64,000 nt of DNA. Origin: an uncultured Verrucomicrobiae bacterium. GTDB lineage: Bacteria > Verrucomicrobiota > Verrucomicrobiia > Chthoniobacterales > JAATET01. Below, one piece after another: positions 57,232 to 64,000 of this stretch. The stretch spans positions 96,001-160,000 of the forward strand of contig CAVRCI010000004.1 in the NCBI GenBank assembly GCA_963719495.1, written 5' to 3'. Under the pieces are notes generated by a model that saw nothing but the letters and a program-made list of their open reading frames with translations, made no database searches and was not told the origin of the DNA. The first letter of the stretch is position 1. Each line of letters opens with the position of its first letter. Position numbers and translations under genes: made by a program.

Positions 57232-59522
57232 GCGCGAATCCGATTGCGCGTTACTACCGGTGGCTTCACGGGAAGTGGCCGGCGGGGAAGGTCGAGAAGG
57301 CGCCCGAGATCAACGCGGACGGTTCGACGAACGTGCCGGGCGTTTATGTCGTGGGCGATCTGACGGGAATTCCGTTGTTGAAATTTTCGTCCGACACGGG
57401 GGCACGAGCCGTGCGGACCATCGCGGACGAGTCGGGCTTCCGAGCGGGGACGGGTGGTGATGGGGTGGTGGATCTCGCGATCATCGGAGCGGGCGTCGCG
57501 GGGTTGGCTGCCGCCATGGAGGCGTCGAAGCGGGGGTTGAGTTACACGCTGTTCGAGGCGAAGCAGGCGTTCTCGACCGTGATCGATTTTCCGAAGGGGA
57601 AGCCGATCTACACGTATCCGACGGACATGACGCCGACGGGCGATCTGCAGTTCAAGACCGACGTGAAGGAGGATCTCGTCGAGGAGCTCGAGGGCTACCG
57701 GACGAAGAACGGGATCGAGACGACCGCGGCGACGGTCGAGCGGATCGCGCGGAAGGGCGGTCAGCTCGAGGTGGTGACGGCGGAGGGTGGGCCGCACCGG
57801 GCGCAGCGGGTGATCGTCGCCATCGGGAGGAGTGGAAATTACCGGTCGCTCGGCGTGCCGGGTGAGGAACTGGACAAGGTCCACCATCGGCTGCACGACC
57901 CGAAGGATTACTGCGACCAGCGGGTGCTGGTCGTCGGCGGCGGAGATTCGGCGATGGAGACGGCAATCGCGCTGGGGAATTGCGGGTCGACGGTGACGTT
58001 GAGTTACCGGAAGCCGGAGTTCTCGCGACCGAAACCGGAGAACGTCGAGAAGCTGAAGGCGCTGGCGGACGCGGGTGAGGGCCGGGGTTCCGTCGAGTTG
58101 CTCATGGGATCGCGGGTGAAGGAGATCCGCGACGTAGAAGTGGGAGTCGAGTTGGCCGATGGCGGGGAGCGGACGGTCGAGAACGACGCGGTCTTTGCGA
58201 TGATCGGGCGCGAGGCTCCGCTGGAGTTTTTCCGCAAGTCGGGAATCAAGATCAGCGGGGAGCGAGACGCGAAATTCTGGATCACGCTCGCGGTCATCCT
58301 TGCGGCCTTCACCGTGGTTTACCAATGGAAGAAGGGCGGGACGTGGCTGCCGATCAACGAATTCTTCAAGAAGCGGGATTGGTTTCCCTTTAATTTCGGA
58401 GAGTGGTGGGTGTCGCTCGGGGGGATCTTCAACGAGCCTTCGCATCTGCTCGGCACGCTCAGGTATTCGGTCGGGGACCCGGGGTTCTATTATTCGATGC
58501 TGTATTGCACGCTCATCGTGGTCTTCGGGATCCGGCGGATTCGGATGCGGCGGACGCCTTACGTGACGAAGCAGACGACGGCGTTGGCGGCGTTTCAGGT
58601 GATCCCTTTGTTTTTAATTCCCTACATTCTGCTGCCTTGGGCGGGGTTCAACGGGTGGTTCGATGGGGGCTTTGGCAAAGGGGTGGCGGATGAGCTGTTT
58701 CCGGAGGTAAATTACGGGACGGGGCGGGAATATTGGCGGGCCTTCGGCTTGATCCTCGCTTGGCCGCTGTTTATTTGGAACGTGTTCACCGCGCAGCCGA
58801 TGTGGACGTGGTTGATCATTAGCCTGGTGCAGACGTTCGTGATTATCCCGCTGATCATTTACCGGTGGGGGAAGGGGGCGTATTGCGGGTTCATTTGTTC
58901 GTGCGGGGCGATGGCGGAGACGCTGGGCGATTCGCACCGGCAGAAGATGCCGCACGGGCCGATCTGGAATAAGCTGAACATGATCGGTCAGGTTTTTCTG
59001 GCTTTCGCGTTTCTGATTTTCTTCGCGCGGGTGGGGTCCTGGATTTGGCCGGATTCGTTTTTGAAGGACGCTTTCGCGATTGGGCTGAATGGGTCGACGG
59101 ACGGGACGGTGATGCCGTGGAGTTACGCGTGGTTCGTGGATTTGCTGTGGGCGGGGATCATTGGGTTTGGGTTGTATTTCCACTTCTCCGGGCGGGTGTG
59201 GTGTCGGTTTGCTTGTCCGTTGGCGGCGCTGATGCACGTTTACGCGCGGTTCACGCGGTTCCGGATCTTTGCGGAGAAGAAGAAGTGCATTTCGTGCAAT
59301 GTCTGCACGTCGGTGTGTCACCAGGGAATCGACGTGATGAGCTTCGCGAACAAAGGGGAGCCGATGGCGGATCCGGAGTGCGTGCGGTGCTCGGCTTGCG
59401 TGCAGAGCTGCCCGACGGGGGTGCTGGAATTCGGGCGCTACGCGGCGGATGGGAAGATCGTGATGGATCGGACGGCGGCTTCGCCGGTGTTGATGGCGGA
59501 GCGGGGGGGGGAAGTGAGGTGA
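57228..59522 (+). CDS. FAD/NAD(P) pyridine-nucleotide oxidoreductase fused to a membrane 4Fe-4S domain
   Basis: IGAGVAG, VVGGGDSA; TM helices with YCGFICSCG and WCRFACPL; CISCNVCTSVC and CVRCSACVQSCP ferredoxin motifs. Confidence 0.85.
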   Translation: MSANPIARYYRWLHGKWPAGKVEKAPEINADGSTNVPGVYVVGDLTGIPLLKFSSDTGARAVRTIADESGFRAGTGGDGVVDLAIIGAGVAGLAAAMEASKRGLSYTLFEAKQAFSTVIDFPKGKPIYTYPTDMTPTGDLQFKTDVKEDLVEELEGYRTKNGIETTAATVERIARKGGQLEVVTAEGGPHRAQRVIVAIGRSGNYRSLGVPGEELDKVHHRLHDPKDYCDQRVLVVGGGDSAMETAIALGNCGSTVTLSYRKPEFSRPKPENVEKLKALADAGEGRGSVELLMGSRVKEIRDVEVGVELADGGERTVENDAVFAMIGREAPLEFFRKSGIKISGERDAKFWITLAVILAAFTVVYQWKKGGTWLPINEFFKKRDWFPFNFGEWWVSLGGIFNEPSHLLGTLRYSVGDPGFYYSMLYCTLIVVFGIRRIRMRRTPYVTKQTTALAAFQVIPLFLIPYILLPWAGFNGWFDGGFGKGVADELFPEVNYGTGREYWRAFGLILAWPLFIWNVFTAQPMWTWLIISLVQTFVIIPLIIYRWGKGAYCGFICSCGAMAETLGDSHRQKMPHGPIWNKLNMIGQVFLAFAFLIFFARVGSWIWPDSFLKDAFAIGLNGSTDGTVMPWSYAWFVDLLWAGIIGFGLYFHFSGRVWCRFACPLAALMHVYARFTRFRIFAEKKKCISCNVCTSVCHQGIDVMSFANKGEPMADPECVRCSACVQSCPTGVLEFGRYAADGKIVMDRTAASPVLMAERGGEVR

Positions 59523-59551
59523 AAAGGGTTGAGGCCTTCGGCCTTTTGGTT

Positions 59552-60259
59552 GGTTCGGCGATTGTAAATCGCCGCTCCTTGAAAGATGAACCCGCTTCAG
59601 TTTTTTAATCCTCTTCGCGAGGTTTTCCGGACGGGGAATCGTCTGCCGCATTGGCAGCAGGAGGGGGTCGTTTATTTTGTGACCTTTCGGCTGGTTGATT
59701 CGCTGCCGTGGGAACTGACGAGCCGGTGGAATTCCGAGCGGAATGCGTGGATGGAACACCATCCATTCCCGTGGTCTTCGCAAGTGGAGGGGGAATATCG
59801 GAAGCGGTTTTTGGAGCCTTGGGAAAATGGTCTGGACCAGGGGAATGGTGAATGCCTTTTGCGAAAGTCCGAGTGCGCGAAGCTCGTGATGGATGCGCTC
59901 CAATTTTTCGACGGCACCAGGTCCGCGCTGTTGAGCGCGGTGGTGATGCCGAACCACGTTCACGCTCTGTTCGTCGTTCCTCCTGAAGAGGATTTGGGGA
60001 AACTGCTGCAATCCTGGAAGCGGTTCAGCTCCCGGCAGATCAATGAGCTGCTGGGGCGGGCGGGATCGATTTGGCAGAAAGACTATTTTGATCGAGTCGT
60101 TCGCGACGCGAGCCATTTTCGGAACTGCGTGCGTTATATTCGGAAAAATCCCGAGCGCGGGCACCTGAAAGCGGGTGAATTCCTCCTCTTCGAGAGCGAA
60201 CTGGCGAAGGATGTCGAATGACTGATTTTCAAGGAGCGGCGATTTGCAATCGCCGAACC
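59552..60259. mobile_element. RAYT locus: Y1 transposase gene flanked by 33-bp inverted REPs
   Basis: 59552-59584 and 60227-60259 are reverse complements with one mismatch; each is GGAG + CGGCGATT-N3-AATCGCCG. Confidence 0.88.
59586..60221 (+). CDS. REP-associated tyrosine transposase (HUH Y1 family)
   Basis: LPHW, YFVTFRL.DSLP, VMPNHVHAL (HUH), WK.FS, WQKDYFDR.VRD, YI..NP. Confidence 0.9.
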   Translation: MNPLQFFNPLREVFRTGNRLPHWQQEGVVYFVTFRLVDSLPWELTSRWNSERNAWMEHHPFPWSSQVEGEYRKRFLEPWENGLDQGNGECLLRKSECAKLVMDALQFFDGTRSALLSAVVMPNHVHALFVVPPEEDLGKLLQSWKRFSSRQINELLGRAGSIWQKDYFDRVVRDASHFRNCVRYIRKNPERGHLKAGEFLLFESELAKDVE

Positions 60260-60283
60260 AAACCAATCAACGAGCGAAGCGAG

Positions 60284-62278
60284 ATGGACTTCTCGAACGT
60301 CGTGGTCGTCATTCCGGCGTTCGACGAGGCCGGGAGCGTGGGGCGGGTGGTGGAGGGGTTGATTGCGCGGGGGCTTTCGCGGGTGCGGGTGGTGGATAAC
60401 GGGTCCTCCGACGGGACGGGGAACGTGGCGCGGTTGGCGGGGGCGGAGGTGGTTGTGGAGCCTCGGCCGGGTTACGGGCGGGCTTGCTTTACGGGATGCC
60501 GGGACCTGCCCGGGGACTGCGAGTGGATTCTTTTCTGCGACGCGGATGGGAGTGATGATTTGGATTCCATTCCGAAGTTGGTGGAGCGGGCGGGGGAATT
60601 CGATTTCGTGCTCGGGAATCGGCGGGCGACGGTGGCGGGGCGGGCGTCGATGACGAAGGTGCAGGACTTTGGGAATTGGTTGGCGACGTTTTTGCTTCGC
60701 GGATTATTCGGGGCGGATTTTCACGATCTGGGGCCGATGCGGTTGATTCGGCGGTCGACCTACGAGGCGATGGAGATGAAGGACCGGGGATTCGGTTGGA
60801 CGGTCGAGATGCAGGCGCGGGCGGCGCAGCTCGGGGTGCGTTCGGTGGAGGTGCCGGTGCCTTATCACGCGAGGGTGGCCGGAAAATCGAAGGTGTCCGG
60901 GACGGTCAAGGGATCGGTTCAGGCGGGGGTGATCATTCTGACGACGATCGGACGCTTCGCGGTCGAGGCGTGGCAGCGTCCGCTGGCCTGGCTGGCGGCG
61001 ATTTTTTTGCTGGGGGGGGCGGGGTTGATGGTGCCCTTTGGAGATTTCCGCGAGGCGGCGGCGGTTCCCTGGTTTCTGGCGGGGGCCGGGGTGATGAGTG
61101 TTGGGTTTGCGATGAGCTGGGCGGTGCGGTCGGTCGGGGTGGGGGTGTTCTTTGGGGTGGCGGTATTGGCGAGGTTGGTTCTGTTTCCGATGGAGCCGGG
61201 GGGGGACGTGTGGCGATACGTTTGGGAGGGGCTGGTGCAGATCGGTGGGGGAAATCCTTACACCTTGCCGCCGGACGCGGCTTCGCTGGCGGGGTTGCGG
61301 GCGGATTGGTGGGCGAAGATCAACCATCCTTCGGTGACCGCGATCTATCCGCCGTTGGCCGAGTTGGTGTTTCGCGGGATGGCTTGGATCTCACCGACGG
61401 CGTGGTTTTTCAAGTCGGTGATCGTGGCGGCGGATGTCGGGGTGGCCGGGTTGCTGTGGCGGCGCTTCGGGAGCGGCGCTTTGCTCTACGCCTGGAACCC
61501 GCTGGTGATCTACGGGTTCGCGGGGGGCGCGCATTACGATTCGATTTTCCTGCTGCCGATGGTGGCGGGGTGGTTGGCTCTGGAATCGGCGACGACGGTG
61601 CGGGGACGCTGGGTGGGTTGCGGCTGGCTGGGGCTTTCGGTCGCGCTGAAATACGTGTCGGCTCCGCTGGCGGTGTTTGCGGTGCTGATGATGGTGCGGC
61701 GTGACGGCTGGAGGGCGGCGGTCGTGGGGGCTGGATTGGTGGCGCTGCCGGGGTTGCTCGCGTTGGCGGCTTTCTGGGGGAGCTTTGGCGTTCACCCGCT
61801 GGGACCGGCGGAGTTTGGCGCGGTGGCTCGGAGCGCGGAATTGATTCCGCGGTTCGTTGGGGATTTTTGGGAACGGTCGCTGAAGTGGAATTCGCTGTTC
61901 GCAATCCCGCTGGCGGGCGTGATTTTGTGGCGGCTTTGGCGATCTCGGGCGTTGCTTGCCTTCGGCGAGGAGGCGCTTTTGGCGACGTTCGTTTTGTCGC
62001 CGGTGGTCCACGCCTGGTATTTCGTGTGGGCGATTCCGTTCGCGGTGGCGTCGCGGAATCTGGGGCTGCGGCTGGTGGGCGTGTCGGCGTTCGTTTACTT
62101 CAGCCTCGAGTATCGACAGGCGGTCAGCGCGCCGCGGTGGCGGATGACTCCGGTGGAGTTGGCGCTGTTGTGGAGTCCGCTGGTGTTGGGGTTCGCATGG
62201 TCCCGCTGGCGAGAGCGCGCTGCCAGGCGGGCAGGTGATCGATGTCCTCCAGAGCGGGTTCGATCGCGCGGAGGGTGA
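60284..62278 (+). CDS. GT2 glycosyltransferase fused to a polytopic GT87/DUF2029-like membrane glycosyltransferase
   Basis: IPAFDE, VVDNGSSDGT, GYGRAC, DADGSD, DLGPMR, GWTVEMQ; then DVWRYVWEG, NPY..PP, IYPP, YAWNPL, HYD, VHAWY. Confidence 0.85.
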   Translation: MDFSNVVVVIPAFDEAGSVGRVVEGLIARGLSRVRVVDNGSSDGTGNVARLAGAEVVVEPRPGYGRACFTGCRDLPGDCEWILFCDADGSDDLDSIPKLVERAGEFDFVLGNRRATVAGRASMTKVQDFGNWLATFLLRGLFGADFHDLGPMRLIRRSTYEAMEMKDRGFGWTVEMQARAAQLGVRSVEVPVPYHARVAGKSKVSGTVKGSVQAGVIILTTIGRFAVEAWQRPLAWLAAIFLLGGAGLMVPFGDFREAAAVPWFLAGAGVMSVGFAMSWAVRSVGVGVFFGVAVLARLVLFPMEPGGDVWRYVWEGLVQIGGGNPYTLPPDAASLAGLRADWWAKINHPSVTAIYPPLAELVFRGMAWISPTAWFFKSVIVAADVGVAGLLWRRFGSGALLYAWNPLVIYGFAGGAHYDSIFLLPMVAGWLALESATTVRGRWVGCGWLGLSVALKYVSAPLAVFAVLMMVRRDGWRAAVVGAGLVALPGLLALAAFWGSFGVHPLGPAEFGAVARSAELIPRFVGDFWERSLKWNSLFAIPLAGVILWRLWRSRALLAFGEEALLATFVLSPVVHAWYFVWAIPFAVASRNLGLRLVGVSAFVYFSLEYRQAVSAPRWRMTPVELALLWSPLVLGFAWSRWRERAARRAGDRCPPERVRSRGG

Positions 62279-62801
62279 GGCCGGCGGCGAGGCATTGGCG
62301 GGTGGTCTCGAGGTAAACGCGCGGAGTGCTCCAGCTGATGTCGGTGAAGACGGCGGGTTGGTTGGAACGGAGGCCGACGAGGACGTAGCCGCCGTCGAGC
62401 GCCGGGACGAGGCAGACGTCGCGGTGGACGAGGGAGCTGGCGCAGGTCTCGAGGAGGCGGCGGTCGAGGTACGGGCAGTCGCCTCCAATGAGGAGAAGGG
62501 GGGCGGATGGGTTGATTTCGAAGTGGTGCGTGGTGGCGTGGCGGAGGCGGTCGCCGAGGTCGCCGTCGGGTTGCGGAACGTAGGTCGGGTGGTCGCCGAG
62601 GAAGGTGGTCATCCGCTCGAGCGCGTCGGCGGGTGCGAAGTGGACGACGACGTTCCAGTCCGAGGGGATCCGCTCGATCTGATGGCGGACGAGTCGCTCG
62701 TAGACGTCGCGGGCCGCGTCGGCTCCGATTTCACGGGCGAGCCGAGTTTTTACGTAGCCGGAGATCGGGGCTTTGAGGAGGAGGGCGACGGTTGGGATCA
62801 T
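62124..62801 (-). CDS. DUF2064 / TIGR04282-type (CofC-like) transferase
   Basis: KAP..G.VKTRL, Q.DGDLG.RL, IGGDCP, PALDGGYVLVG, F..ISWST, EDID. Confidence 0.88.
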   Translation of the reverse strand: MIPTVALLLKAPISGYVKTRLAREIGADAARDVYERLVRHQIERIPSDWNVVVHFAPADALERMTTFLGDHPTYVPQPDGDLGDRLRHATTHHFEINPSAPLLLIGGDCPYLDRRLLETCASSLVHRDVCLVPALDGGYVLVGLRSNQPAVFTDISWSTPRVYLETTRQCLAAGLTLRAIEPALEDIDHLPAWQRALASGTMRTPTPADSTTAPTPPESSATAAR

Positions 62802-63003
62802 TGGTGCTTCTGAGCTTTATCCCAAAATCCGGTCCTTGGCTGGGAAGATCTTCGAGACTCGTTGCTCCCAAGCGGACGGGGATTTCCGGCGTTTCGGTGA
62901 TCGATAAAAATTCCAGCGGTCGTTGGTCAAGGAAGTGCGGGTTCAGGAAGTGCGGGTTCTGGCAATGGACAGGGAGCACGGCGCGCGGGTATCTGGGGGG
63001 ACG

Positions 63004-63870
63004 ATGAGATTTCGAGGGATTGGCTGGCTGGTGATGATTACGGCGCTACTGGCTCTCTGGCCGGGTTCGGCTCGGGCGTTTTTCTACGGCGGGATCTTCG
63101 ATGCGGGGACGTTCGGATCGACGGGTGCGGGTCCCGGGCAGCTGGATGATCCGTTGGGCATTTGTGCCGGTCCGGATGGCCGGATTTACGTGACGGATCG
63201 GGGGAACTCGCGGGTGCAAATGTTCGACCGTTTCGGCTCGTTCCTGGGCTCGATCGGGAGGGCGGGGAGCGGTGATGCGGAGTTCGACGAGATCGGGTTC
63301 ATCGCTGGCTCGGCTTCGTTGGGGCTTCTCGCGGTCGCGGATGCGGGGAACGGGCGGATTCAGCTCTTCGATTTTGATGGGCGCTTTCTCGGGAAGTTTC
63401 CGGTCGTCGGATCTCCGCGGGGTGTCGCGTTTGGGTTGGACGGGAATCTCTACGTCACGACGGCGGATCGGGTGGTAGCTTATCGGACGTCCGGTGGTTT
63501 TCTCGGGGAGTTCGGGGTGGGCGAGTTGTCGAGTCCGGGTGCCATCACGGCTCGCCAGCGGGGCGAGGGATTCGTGGTCGCCGATACGGGCAATGATCGG
63601 ATTGCTGTCTTCGGGAGCGATGGTGCGTTGACGCCGGGCTATGGAACGCTCATCCGGCGGTTCGAGTTCAAGGCTCCGCGCCTGCGGAAAAGGGCCGTCC
63701 CACTCGCTTCCGGTCTCGGCGGCAACTTCCGAATTCGGGTCCGATTGCCGAAAGCGAAGGAAAAGCGGGAGCACTTCGGTGTGAAATTTCGCGCCATTGA
63801 TGGGCTGGGTCAGACGAGCGATTTTCAGGGGCGTCCGGTGAGTTCGCGGGTGATTCGGAGTTCGCGGTAG
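63004..63870 (+). CDS. Secreted NHL-repeat protein with basic C-terminal region
   Basis: Signal peptide (ARA-F); GQLDDPLGI, IYVTDRGNSRVQ, VADAGNGRIQ, VADTGNDRI repeats. Confidence 0.85.
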   Translation: MRFRGIGWLVMITALLALWPGSARAFFYGGIFDAGTFGSTGAGPGQLDDPLGICAGPDGRIYVTDRGNSRVQMFDRFGSFLGSIGRAGSGDAEFDEIGFIAGSASLGLLAVADAGNGRIQLFDFDGRFLGKFPVVGSPRGVAFGLDGNLYVTTADRVVAYRTSGGFLGEFGVGELSSPGAITARQRGEGFVVADTGNDRIAVFGSDGALTPGYGTLIRRFEFKAPRLRKRAVPLASGLGGNFRIRVRLPKAKEKREHFGVKFRAIDGLGQTSDFQGRPVSSRVIRSSR

Positions 63871-64000
63871 GGGTTTCTTCTCGAGGTGCTCCGGGGGTGA
63901 GGATGCGGGACGGGTTGCGTCTTTGCGGCGCGTGGGGAGTGGGTCTCGCGGGTTGGTGTTGGCGGAGTTTTGGGAGATGGTTTGGGAACCCGGCGGCGCG

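Noticed and set aside
60218..60283. N-terminal extension of the GT2 ORF
   Set aside because: It is translated REP sequence; the real start is more likely ATG 60284.

Overview
A 64-kb, high-GC, mostly housekeeping chromosomal segment, most likely from a Verrucomicrobiota (Chthoniobacterales-like) bacterium; the taxonomy is inferred from gene content (verrucomicrobial-type secretin, zwf-opcA, futalosine pathway, DUF5069). It holds about 52 CDS and one tRNA-His(GUG): queE/queD/queH, mntR with a Mn/Fe ABC operon, rpsA, galM, dsbD, acnA, hom-thrC-ABC-lysC, mqnE/mqnA, mdh, dps, zwf-opcA, proC, a DD-carboxypeptidase, a UvrD/PcrA helicase, and a flavoprotein/Fe-S plus glycosyltransferase cluster. No CRISPR array, rRNA or prophage was seen. 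Best leads: (1) three unrelated signal-peptide proteins (FG-GAP, choice-of-anchor A, NHL) end in a related basic 75-95 aa C-terminal domain that sits where a sorting signal would be, a candidate undescribed anchoring or secretion signal; (2) a REP-associated tyrosine transposase flanked by 33-bp inverted REPs whose relatives are dispersed through the window as composite, co-oriented elements; (3) many genes with a -10-like hexamer only 5-8 nt before the start codon, suggesting widespread leaderless mRNAs; (4) 7- and 9-mer tandem arrays at gene junctions, one lying inside aconitase; (5) a structured rpsA leader. All family assignments come from recognising motifs by eye, with no database search.
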